Below are positions 8,884-16,709 of a DNA stretch of 64,000 nt, in pieces. The DNA is from Candidatus Staskawiczbacteria bacterium (GTDB lineage: Bacteria > Patescibacteriota > Minisyncoccia > Minisyncoccales > Staskawiczbacteraceae). Below the pieces are notes generated by a model, which ran no database searches, had not been told where the DNA came from, and was given only the letters and a program-made list of their open reading frames with translations. Each line of letters begins with the position of its first letter. The first letter of the stretch is position 1. A program made the translations under genes and the position numbers. The stretch spans positions 12,017 to 76,016 of the forward strand of contig JAPLZF010000017.1 in NCBI GenBank assembly GCA_026395175.1. Direction: 5' to 3'.

Positions 8884-8921
8884 GCTGGCGCGTGTAGCAT
8901 TTTGCGCGCCAGCCTTTTTTT
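8884..8921 (+). terminator. Intrinsic terminator
   Basis: 9-bp GC stem gctggcgcg / cgcgccagc, then T7. Confidence 0.8.
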
Positions 8922-8932
8922 ACGCTAAAATC

Positions 8933-8961
8933 TTGACAAGGTAGTTTATAAATGCTATAAT
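8933..8961 (+). promoter_or_regulatory. Consensus sigma70-type promoter (TTGACA-17-TATAAT)
   Basis: ttgaca at 8933-8938, a 17-nt spacer, tataat at 8956-8961. Confidence 0.65.
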
Positions 8962-8996
8962 AAACAAATTATAGAGTACATTGAAATTAGGACATG

Positions 8997-9115
8997 CCCT
9001 TGTTTCAAATCATTAGGATACCGAATCACTGACTACTAAGAAATAAAATTTGAGTAGAGCTTCAGAATGACAGGATTTAGTGATTTGAAACAAGGGATTG
9101 TGTCCCTCAAATGGA
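8997..9115 (+). promoter_or_regulatory. Structured 5' leader upstream of the DUF4177-like gene
   Basis: A 16-bp long-range stem, cccttgtttcaaatca (8997-9012) with tgatttgaaacaaggg (9081-9096), encloses inner hairpin cuacu/aguag. Hairpin aggga-uugug-ucccu follows immediately. Confidence 0.45.
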
Positions 9116-9172
9116 AATCATTCGCGCCGATGGTCGGTTGCGGATTGGAACCTCTCTGGAAAGGAAAAAGCC

Positions 9173-9427
9173 ATGAGGAAATGGAAATATGACACTCTTT
9201 TGTATTATGAACCTAAGCCCGTGATTGAGGACAATAAAGGACTCCTTGAATTTCTCAATAAGTGGGGGGATTGGGGATGGGAGGTAGTTACGATGCTTCC
9301 GCCTCGGGCAAACGCAGGGAGATTTCTTTTCGAATTTCTCATTAAGAAGCAGGAAATTCCCGAACCGTCGGTATCACCGGCATCGCCGATGACGACGCAA
9401 GAAATTCTCGACGATCCGCGACGGTAG
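9173..9427 (+). CDS. DUF4177-like small protein (84 aa; GC-rich island 1)
   Basis: MRKWKYDTLLYY...LLEFLNKWGDWGWEVVTM fits the W.Y...LN..G..GWE.V pattern I recall for DUF4177. The start was moved from the TTG at 9098 to the ATG at 9173, which follows aaagga. Confidence 0.5.
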   Translation: MRKWKYDTLLYYEPKPVIEDNKGLLEFLNKWGDWGWEVVTMLPPRANAGRFLFEFLIKKQEIPEPSVSPASPMTTQEILDDPRR

Positions 9428-9673
9428 CCGACATCGTCGGCAAAGTTCTTCTGGGGAAGGAGAGCAAGGTCGTAAAACAATTAGAGCCTGACCAGCTCTT
9501 TTTTATTGCAAAAATTAAGTCGTTTGGTGTAGGTTCACAATCTACGCTATCGCGTGATTTATGAACCTAGCTAAAAAGAGTTGATATCCTGAAAGGGTTG
9601 ACATCTTATGTCAGAAGAGTAAGATAAAAATAAAGGTCGCAGAATGAATAAAGATAATTAGACTTAAGAAAAA

Positions 9674-9991
9674 ATGGCAAAAGATAATGACAAAGAGTTT
9701 CTTGAGTACATTGTCAAAGAGTTAGTTGATAATCCTAAAGACGTCAAAGTTGAAAGAAAAGATGACGAAATGGGAGTATTGCTTTCATTGAAAGTTAACC
9801 CGGAAGACATGGGCCAAATCATTGGACGAGAAGGATCAACAGCCAAGGCAATCAGGAACTTAGTCCGAATTGTTGGACTTAAGAACCACGCCAGAGTGAA
9901 CCTCAAAATTGAGGAACCGGAAGGCGGACGTGCTCCAAGACCTGAAAGAACAGCAGTTTCTTCAGACGACATCGACAACATTTCTCTGTAA
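9674..9991 (+). CDS. khpA: KH-domain RNA-binding protein (KhpA/YlqC-like)
   Basis: KH GxxG loop in GQIIGREGSTAKAIRNLV. Sits between rpsP and trmD, as in the conserved rpsP cluster. Confidence 0.8.
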   Translation: MAKDNDKEFLEYIVKELVDNPKDVKVERKDDEMGVLLSLKVNPEDMGQIIGREGSTAKAIRNLVRIVGLKNHARVNLKIEEPEGGRAPRPERTAVSSDDIDNISL

Positions 9992-10040
9992 CCTGCCCGT
10001 CTAAATGCGCGAAGCGTTTTTGTCGGGTTTTACAGAAAGC

Positions 10041-10076
10041 AAAAACCGTGCTATTATAAACGCACGGTTTTTGTTT
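10041..10076 (+). terminator. Intrinsic terminator after the KH-domain gene
   Basis: Stem aaaaaccgtgc / gcacggttttt, followed by a T-run. Confidence 0.7.
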
Positions 10077-10093
10077 ATCGCTCGGCAGAAAAT

Positions 10094-10819
10094 ATGATAA
10101 AGTTTGATGTGATAACAATTTTTCCGGAGATGTTTAGTTCTTATTTAAGAGAGAGCTTGATTTCGCGCGCGCAAGAAAAAAAATTTATAAAAATAAATTT
10201 GCATAATTTAAGAAAGTGGACAAACGATGCGCACAAAACAGTTGACGATAGGCCGTTTGGCGGGGGATTGGGAATGGTTTTAAAAGTAGAGCCAATTTTT
10301 AAAGCAGTAACCCAAATAAAAGGCACTCCTACCCTCCGACGCGTAGGAGTGAGTGAAAAAAAGAAAACAAAGGTGATACTTTTCACGCCAAGAGGAAAAA
10401 AGTTTGACCAAAAGTTGGCATATAAATTTTCAAAGTTAGACCAAATAATTTTTATTTGCGGAAGATATGAAGGCGTTGACGAACGTGTTGCGCAAAAAAT
10501 TGCAGACATGGAAATTTCAATTGGGGATTATGACTTAATGGGTGGGGAATTGCCGGCAATGGTTTGCATTGAAACAATTTCAAGATTGGTGCCCGGAGTT
10601 ATTGGTAAAAAGCAATTGTTGAAAGAAAGAATTTCAAAAACAGGCGGATTTTTAGAATATGCGCAATATACCCGCCCTGAAATATTCAGGGCGAGGCTCG
10701 CCAAAGGCGACAAGGCTAAAACAGAAAGTTGGCGAGTTCCAAAAGTTTTAATATCGGGTAATCACAAAAAAATTGACGAGTGGAAAAAAGCGCACGGAAA
10801 GGTTATTGAAGAAAATTAA
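10094..10819 (+). CDS. trmD: tRNA (guanine37-N1)-methyltransferase
   Basis: MIKFDVITIFPEMF, GRYEGVDERV and DYDLMGGELPAMV. Confidence 0.92.
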   Translation: MIKFDVITIFPEMFSSYLRESLISRAQEKKFIKINLHNLRKWTNDAHKTVDDRPFGGGLGMVLKVEPIFKAVTQIKGTPTLRRVGVSEKKKTKVILFTPRGKKFDQKLAYKFSKLDQIIFICGRYEGVDERVAQKIADMEISIGDYDLMGGELPAMVCIETISRLVPGVIGKKQLLKERISKTGGFLEYAQYTRPEIFRARLAKGDKAKTESWRVPKVLISGNHKKIDEWKKAHGKVIEEN

Positions 10820-10844
10820 ATTTTGTGTTAATGTATTAATTACT

Positions 10845-10926
10845 GGGCGTGTGGCTGAGCAGCAAAGGCAACAGACTGTAAATCTGTCGGGGTAACCCTT
10901 CGTAGGTGCAAGTCCTACCGCGCCCA
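10845..10926 (+). tRNA. tRNA-Tyr (GTA)
   Basis: Hand-folded cloverleaf: acceptor gggcgtg/cgcgccc, anticodon stem acaga/tctgt with loop ctGTAaa, a long variable arm, T-arm gtagg/cctac. CCA is not encoded. Confidence 0.9.
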
Positions 10927-10940
10927 CTTTGCAAGGCAAA

Positions 10941-10965
10941 GTGCCCTGAGCCTGTCGAAGGGCAC
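10941..10965 (+). repeat. GC-rich palindromic element between the two tRNAs
   Basis: gtgccct/agggcac stem. The core cctgagcctgtcgaagg recurs reverse-complemented at 44194-44210 (16 of 17 nt). A related copy with the same 5' flank lies at about 32831-32876. Confidence 0.6.
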
Positions 10966-10969
10966 ATGT

Positions 10970-11041
10970 GCCGGAGTAGTTCAGTGGTAGAACATTTTCT
11001 TGGTAAGAAAAAGGTCATGGGTCCGATTCCCATCTTCGGCT
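10970..11041 (+). tRNA. tRNA-Thr (GGT)
   Basis: Acceptor gccggag/cttcggc, D-stem gttc/gaac, anticodon stem ttttc/gaaaa with loop ttGGTaa, T-stem atggg/cccat. Confidence 0.9.
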
Positions 11042-11129
11042 CAGAAAAAAATTAAAAATATTTAAATAATAAGGCATTCCCTCGCCTTTAGGCTCGGGAT
11101 GATTTTATTCATTTCATTCATAAAATCAC

Positions 11130-11290
11130 ATGGCAGGAAAAAAACCATTTTTGAAAGTTCAGTGCAGTGTTTGCAAGACAACTAATTATTTTACAAAAAA
11201 ATCCAAAAAAGTTGGAGAAAAAAAACTTGAGTTAAAAAAGTTTTGTTCAACCTGCAGAAAGCACAGCGTTCATAAAGAAGGCAAAAAATA
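11130..11290 (+). CDS. rpmG: 50S ribosomal protein L33, interrupted by a -1 frameshift at an A7 run
   Basis: Frame 0 reads MAGKKPFLKVQCSVCKTTNYFTKKSKKVGEKNLS and then stops (taa at 11232-11234). Starting from 11225, the -1 frame reads LELKKFCSTCRKHSVHKEGKK and stops at 11288-11290. Joined, they give a typical Zn-ribbon L33 (CxxC...CxxC). Confidence 0.7.
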
Positions 11291-11371
11291 ATTTGTAAAA
11301 AAAATCGGCGCGCACATCCCATAGTCGCCCGCATTAATTTTAATTTCCAATACTTATTATCTTGAATCTTT

Positions 11372-11830
11372 ATGAATAATTATAATTTTCAGTATTGCCA
11401 AAAAATAATAGTTTTTTCTAATGATTTGAAAAGCGTTCTTTTGTGCAGACGAAAAGGAGAAAGCGATTATGATAAGGTTTATTCCTTTATCGGTGGAAAA
11501 ATGGAAACAACCGATACCTCATTTGTTGAAGGATTGAAAAGAGAAAAAAATGAAGAAGTGGGCGCGGATTTTAAAATTGAAATTTATCCTTTTTTAAGCG
11601 CGAATGTTTTGTTTAAAAAGAACAGCGGAGATTTAATGGTACTTCCGCATTACTACGCAAGACATTTGGAAGGAAAAATAAATTTGAATGAGGAATATGA
11701 TGATTTCAAATGGGTTGGATTAAAGGACCTGAAAGATTTTGGACCAAAAATTCCGACAATTGATGAAATGGTGGAAAAAATATTGGCGCTCAAAAAAATA
11801 ATTTTGCCCGAAGAACTGGTCGTTATATAA
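11372..11830 (+). CDS. NUDIX hydrolase
   Basis: Nudix box GGKMETTDTSFVEGLKREKNEEVG. Confidence 0.8.
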   Translation: MNNYNFQYCQKIIVFSNDLKSVLLCRRKGESDYDKVYSFIGGKMETTDTSFVEGLKREKNEEVGADFKIEIYPFLSANVLFKKNSGDLMVLPHYYARHLEGKINLNEEYDDFKWVGLKDLKDFGPKIPTIDEMVEKILALKKIILPEELVVI

Positions 11831-11872
11831 ATATCTATGGTATAGTAAATAAATAGTAATTTTTATAAAATT

Positions 11873-12298
11873 ATGGCAGAAGAAATTATTCCTCCAGTAA
11901 AACAAAGCGCTCCAGCTTCTAATGCGGGAGCCGGCAAGAAAATTTTAATTGTTGAAGACGACAAGGATATTTTGTTTATTTTTAAAACAAAATTTACCGG
12001 CGAAGGATTTTCCGTTGTTATTGCCCAAGACGGCGAGGAGGGCGCAAATGTTGCTGAAAAAGAAAAGCCGGATTTGATTCTTGCGGATATTTTGCTTCCT
12101 AAAATGGACGGTTTAGCAATGGCGGAAAAAATAAAAAAATCCAACAACACCGCCAAAATCATATTTTTGACTAATATGAAAGACACTGAGTATATAAATA
12201 ATATAAAAAAATCCGGCGAATTCGATTATTTGATAAAATCCGATTTGAGGATTGAAGATATTGTTGACAAGGTAAAAATAAAATTGGGATTAAAATAA
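11873..12298 (+). CDS. Stand-alone response-regulator receiver protein (CheY-like)
   Basis: KKILIVEDD and DLILADILLPKMDG (phospho-acceptor Asp). No output domain. Lies immediately upstream of pilB. Confidence 0.8.
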   Translation: MAEEIIPPVKQSAPASNAGAGKKILIVEDDKDILFIFKTKFTGEGFSVVIAQDGEEGANVAEKEKPDLILADILLPKMDGLAMAEKIKKSNNTAKIIFLTNMKDTEYINNIKKSGEFDYLIKSDLRIEDIVDKVKIKLGLK

Positions 12299-12301
12299 CA
12301 G

Positions 12302-12334
12302 AATAAGCTCGGCTTTCACCGAGCTTATTTTTTT
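12302..12334 (+). terminator. Intrinsic terminator
   Basis: Stem aataagctcgg / ccgagcttatt with loop ctttca, followed by a T-run. Confidence 0.8.
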
Positions 12335-12418
12335 GCTGCAGTTATCCACTTTTTATGTTTTCATTTGATTTATTTTATGTGGTATAATTATAAAAGATAA
12401 TTATGAACTGAAAATTCC

Positions 12419-14173
12419 ATGAAAGTTGAATTACAGAAGCTGAAAAAATTTATTTTGGAAGCCGGCTTGATCGAAGCAAAAAAATTTGATGAAGCCATGG
12501 AAGAAAGCGAAAAATCCAAAAAGGGGATCAGCGAAGTTTTGATTTCCAAGGGTTTGATTACAGAAAAAGAACTGATAAAAATCGAGGCATACATTTTGGG
12601 AATCCCTTTTATAAATTTGGAAGAAGAAATTATTCCGCTGGACGTTTTAAAAATAATTCCTGAAACAATTGCCAGGGCCCACAACATAATTGCTTTCAAT
12701 AAAAAAGAAAACAATCTTGAAGTTGCCATGCTCGACCCGGAAGATTTGAGGACCATTGAGTTTATAAAAAAAGCCGCTCCTTCCCTGAAAATTTTAGCGC
12801 GGCTGACCACTTCAGAGGGCATAAAAAATGCCTTGGCGCAATATCAGGAAACTTTGGAAACGGAATTCGGAGATATTATGAAGAGCGGGGCCGGCGGAAT
12901 CAAGCATATAAAAATTGACGAATCAATCAGCGGAAAGAAAGAAGAATTGCAGAAAGTGGCCGAAGAAGTGTCTATAATAAGAGTTGTCGATACTTTAATG
13001 AAGCACGCCATTCTGCAGAGAACTTCCGATGTGCATATTGAGCCCTTGGAAAAGGAAGTTATTATACGCTATCGAATTGACGGGATTTTGCATGATGTTA
13101 TGTCTTTGCCCATAAATACGGCTTCCGGAATTGTTGCCAGGATAAAAGTTTTGTCCAATTTGAAGCTTGACGAGCACAGGCTTCCGCAGGACGGCAGATT
13201 TAAAATTGAAACAGAGGATTTCAAATATTCTGTCAGGGTTTCTGTTTTGCCTGTTTTGAACGGAGAAAAAATAGTGATGAGGCTTTTGGCGGAAGATAAC
13301 AAAGATTATACTTTGGAAGATTTGGGATTTGCCGGTTTAGGGCTGGAAAAAGTCCGTCACAGCCTGCTGAAAACAACAGGAATGGTGCTGATTACAGGCC
13401 CGACGGGCTCAGGAAAAACAACAACGCTTTACGCCATGATGGGAATTATAAACACAACCAGCGTAAATATTTCCACGGTGGAAGACCCAATTGAATACAG
13501 AATGCCAAGAATCAACCAGACGCAGATTAATGACAAAATAGATTTAACTTTTGCGTCGGGATTAAGGGCTTTGGTGAGGCAGGACCCGAATATTATTATG
13601 GTTGGAGAAATAAGAGACCGCGAAACAGCGGATTTGGCGATTAATGCGGCTTTGACAGGCCACTTGGTTTTGTCGACTTTGCACACAACCGAGGCCGGAG
13701 GAGCCATACCGCGTTTGATTGACATGGGAACAGAACCGTTTTTGCTGTCTTCAACTTTAAACATAATTATTGGGCAGAGGCTGGTGAGAAAATTTTACGG
13801 CGATAAGGAAAAATATAAGCTGAACGCGGCTGATTTGGAAAATCTGCAGAAATATTGCGATATGGAAAGAATCGTAAATTTGTTGAAAGAGGAAAAAATA
13901 TTGAAACAAAAGGACACAATCAAGGATTTGGAACTTTACAGGCCAAAACCTTCTAAAAATTCTTCTTCCGGATACAAGGGCAGAATTGGAATCTTTGAAA
14001 TTTTGTCGGTGAACGACGCGATAAAAAATCTGATAAATAAAAAAGCTTCGACGGTGGAAATCACCAAGCAGGCAATACAGGACGGAATGCGGACGATGGC
14101 GGAAGACGGATTTATAAAAGCCGCCCAAGGAATAACTTCATTGGAAGAAGTTTTGAGGGTGATAATGGATTAA
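12419..14173 (+). CDS. pilB: Type IV pilus assembly ATPase PilB (GspE family)
   Basis: Walker A GPTGSGKTTT, Walker B IIMVGEIRD, His box LTGHLVLSTLHT, and N-terminal T2SSE_N-like region. Confidence 0.9.
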   Translation: MKVELQKLKKFILEAGLIEAKKFDEAMEESEKSKKGISEVLISKGLITEKELIKIEAYILGIPFINLEEEIIPLDVLKIIPETIARAHNIIAFNKKENNLEVAMLDPEDLRTIEFIKKAAPSLKILARLTTSEGIKNALAQYQETLETEFGDIMKSGAGGIKHIKIDESISGKKEELQKVAEEVSIIRVVDTLMKHAILQRTSDVHIEPLEKEVIIRYRIDGILHDVMSLPINTASGIVARIKVLSNLKLDEHRLPQDGRFKIETEDFKYSVRVSVLPVLNGEKIVMRLLAEDNKDYTLEDLGFAGLGLEKVRHSLLKTTGMVLITGPTGSGKTTTLYAMMGIINTTSVNISTVEDPIEYRMPRINQTQINDKIDLTFASGLRALVRQDPNIIMVGEIRDRETADLAINAALTGHLVLSTLHTTEAGGAIPRLIDMGTEPFLLSSTLNIIIGQRLVRKFYGDKEKYKLNAADLENLQKYCDMERIVNLLKEEKILKQKDTIKDLELYRPKPSKNSSSGYKGRIGIFEILSVNDAIKNLINKKASTVEITKQAIQDGMRTMAEDGFIKAAQGITSLEEVLRVIMD

Positions 14174-14183
14174 AATACAGGAT

Positions 14184-14729
14184 ATGGAAAATAAAGTAGA
14201 AAATATTTTAGAAAAATATAAGGGAAAAACTGCTGGTATTTTTGTTGACGAAGCAAATTTATTTTATTCTCAAAAAGAACTCGGTTGGCATATAGATTGG
14301 CAGAAGTTTTCAGACTTTTTGAATAATTTTTGTAAAATAGAAATTAAAAGATACTACATGGGAATGCCACTTGATAAAAAAGCCTATGAACAAAATATTT
14401 TGATAAAAAATCGAATAGAAAGGTCTGGGTTTCAGGTTATTACCAAACCGATAAAAAAGATTTATTTAGACAATAAAAAGATTGATTTTAAAAATAAGTG
14501 TAATTTTGATGTTGAAATTACTAAAGATGTTATCAGAAATTTAGAAAAAGTTGACTTGGTTTTTGTGGCGAGTGGCGACAGCGATTTCGTTGCTTTGAGA
14601 AACGATATAATTTACAATAAAAAAGGTTTTATTTTTATATGCTTCGAGAGAAATGTGGCATGGGAGATAAGAAAATCTTATCACGTGTTTTTTGATGATA
14701 TCAGAAACGACATAGAGTATAAAAAATAA
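14184..14729 (+). CDS. NYN/LabA-like domain protein (putative RNase)
   Basis: GIFVDEANLFY and VFVASGDSDFVAL acidic motifs typical of LabA/NYN. Wedged between pilB and pilC. Confidence 0.65.
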   Translation: MENKVENILEKYKGKTAGIFVDEANLFYSQKELGWHIDWQKFSDFLNNFCKIEIKRYYMGMPLDKKAYEQNILIKNRIERSGFQVITKPIKKIYLDNKKIDFKNKCNFDVEITKDVIRNLEKVDLVFVASGDSDFVALRNDIIYNKKGFIFICFERNVAWEIRKSYHVFFDDIRNDIEYKK

Positions 14730-14845
14730 TAAAAAAAGCCCTGGAAAAAATCCAGGGTGAAGTAACTAAATTAAGTATAGCAAATCGAGAGCCGTTGTCA
14801 AGTTTTTGGCGCTAAAATAAAAATTATTATTAAATTATTAAAACT

Positions 14846-15463
14846 ATGCAGAAAGAAAAACAAAAAGGAATTTCTACTTTAACCGGCATAATAATTATAA
14901 TTGTTGTCGCAGTTGTTCTCTTCGGCGGAGTTTTTGCTTATCAATATTTTACAGCCAAATCACAGCAAAATAGTAAGTTTTTTGGCTCGAGCCAAAAAAC
15001 CAACCAAACACAAACCCAGACCACCGCTGGCTGGAAAACATATACAAATAGTCAGTATGGCTACGAAATTAAATATCCAGAGGATTGGAGAAAAAGTGGG
15101 ATAGAACCTCCAACTTGGATTTCTCCTGTAGAAGGAACCGTATATATCAGCATAGTTTCGTATCCGAAAATCGGATTAGGCACAATTATTAATGGTTGTC
15201 CAAATATTGCCGGCACAGATGTTTCCAGCGAAATAGCAGGAAAAGAAAAAGTAGGCGGTTTAGAATTTTGTAAATATACAGAAATCCAATCAGGTATGGG
15301 CGGAGCAAAATTTCAATCGTTTTCTTATTTTATTACAAATGATAATTACGGATATTTTATTGATTTAACAGCGCCATATAAGCCAAATCAAACAGAAAGC
15401 GATTTTAAATATGAATTGAATATTTTTGACCAAATGGTTTCTACTTTTAAATTTACGAAATAA
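14846..15463 (+). CDS. Hypothetical membrane-anchored extracytoplasmic protein
   Basis: N-terminal TM ISTLTGIIIIIVVAVVLFGGVFAYQYF, then WKTYTNSQYGYEIKYPEDW. Confidence 0.6.
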   Translation: MQKEKQKGISTLTGIIIIIVVAVVLFGGVFAYQYFTAKSQQNSKFFGSSQKTNQTQTQTTAGWKTYTNSQYGYEIKYPEDWRKSGIEPPTWISPVEGTVYISIVSYPKIGLGTIINGCPNIAGTDVSSEIAGKEKVGGLEFCKYTEIQSGMGGAKFQSFSYFITNDNYGYFIDLTAPYKPNQTESDFKYELNIFDQMVSTFKFTK

Positions 15464-15480
15464 TAAATAAAAATTAAATA

Positions 15481-16695
15481 ATGGCAAATTTTTCATATAC
15501 TGCAAAATCGCTCGACGGCGAAATAAAAACAGGAAATTCAGACGCCGAAAACATAAGAGAATTGGCCCAGAGCCTGAAAGGAGAAGGGCTGGTTTTGGTT
15601 AAGGCAAATATTAAAAAAGAGAAAAAGAAAAGCATTTTTAATTTTTCTTTTTTGTCCGGCAAAGTTTCCATATCTGAAAAAATGCTGATGACAAGGAATT
15701 TGTGGATTATGGTTTCCACCGGGCTTTCGCTTGTCAAAGGATTTTCTATTTTGTCGGCGCAGTCAAAAAGCAAAAAAATGAAAGAAGCCCTTTTGGACAT
15801 AGGGCAGGAAGTAAGCAAGGGAAAAACTTTGTCCGACGCCTTCAAAAAATATCCCGATGTTTTTTCCGAACTTTTCCAGAATATGATAAAGGCGGGCGAA
15901 GAATCGGGAACATTGGAAGATGTCCTGAAAGTATTGTCATTGCAGTTGGAAAAGGAAAAAGAGATGAATTCTAAAATAAAGAACGCGCTGATTTATCCGG
16001 CTATTTTAATAACTACAATGCTGATTGTCGGAGTTATGCTGGCAATTTTCGTGCTTCCGAAAATGAACACTTTTTTTATGAGCCTGCATACGAAGCTTCC
16101 CATAACCACAATAATAATATTGGGCTCGGGAAATTTTCTTTTGAAATACTGGTATCTTTTCTTAATAGCGCTGATTATCCTGATTTTTGTTTTTTTGACA
16201 TTGATAAGAACAAAAAAAGGCAGATTTTTTATAGATACAGCTTTGCTGAAAATACCGTTTGTCTCCTCGTTGGTCAAAAAAAGCAACTCGGCTTCATTAA
16301 TCAGGTCGTTAAGCTCGCTTTTGGCTTCGGGAGTTCCTTTAATAAAATGCCTGGAAATAACTTCCGGAACCTTAAGTAATTTTTATTTCAAGCAGGCGCT
16401 TTACGGAGCGTCCAAAAAAATAGAAAAAGGGGAAAAATTATTTGTCAGCTTGAAACCCTATCAGAATCTTTTTCCTTACGGCGCCATAGAAATGATTGAA
16501 ATTGGAGAGGAAACAGGCAAAACTTCCTTAATTTTAAAAAAATTGGCGGAGTTTTACGAAGAAGAAGTATCCAACGCCGCTGAAAACCTCTCTGTGATAA
16601 TTGAGCCGGTTTTGATAGTTTTTATCGGAGCTACAGTCGGCGTTTTCGCGGTTTCCATAATAGGGCCGTTATACTCAAGTTTAGGAAGTATATAA
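15481..16695 (+). CDS. pilC: Type IV pilus platform protein PilC (GspF family)
   Basis: Two T2SSF-type repeats (GEESGTLEDVL and GEETGKTSLIL) and three TM segments. Confidence 0.88.
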   Translation: MANFSYTAKSLDGEIKTGNSDAENIRELAQSLKGEGLVLVKANIKKEKKKSIFNFSFLSGKVSISEKMLMTRNLWIMVSTGLSLVKGFSILSAQSKSKKMKEALLDIGQEVSKGKTLSDAFKKYPDVFSELFQNMIKAGEESGTLEDVLKVLSLQLEKEKEMNSKIKNALIYPAILITTMLIVGVMLAIFVLPKMNTFFMSLHTKLPITTIIILGSGNFLLKYWYLFLIALIILIFVFLTLIRTKKGRFFIDTALLKIPFVSSLVKKSNSASLIRSLSSLLASGVPLIKCLEITSGTLSNFYFKQALYGASKKIEKGEKLFVSLKPYQNLFPYGAIEMIEIGEETGKTSLILKKLAEFYEEEVSNAAENLSVIIEPVLIVFIGATVGVFAVSIIGPLYSSLGSI

Positions 16696-16709
16696 TCCTA
16701 ATTTTAAAT

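Noticed and set aside
9151-9159. A PyrR-box-like sequence: the reverse complement of cctctctgg is CCAGAGAGG.
   Set aside because: The motif is on the strand opposite to the transcript, and the downstream gene is not a pyr gene.
9664-9981. A 105-aa minus-strand ORF.
   Set aside because: It is an exact antisense shadow of the KH-domain gene, which has the GxxG motif and conserved operon position.
10748-11033. Minus-strand ORFs 10748-10939 and 10836-11033.
   Set aside because: They overlap tRNA-Tyr and tRNA-Thr. The PSTGSG-type translation comes from the GC-rich palindromic element.
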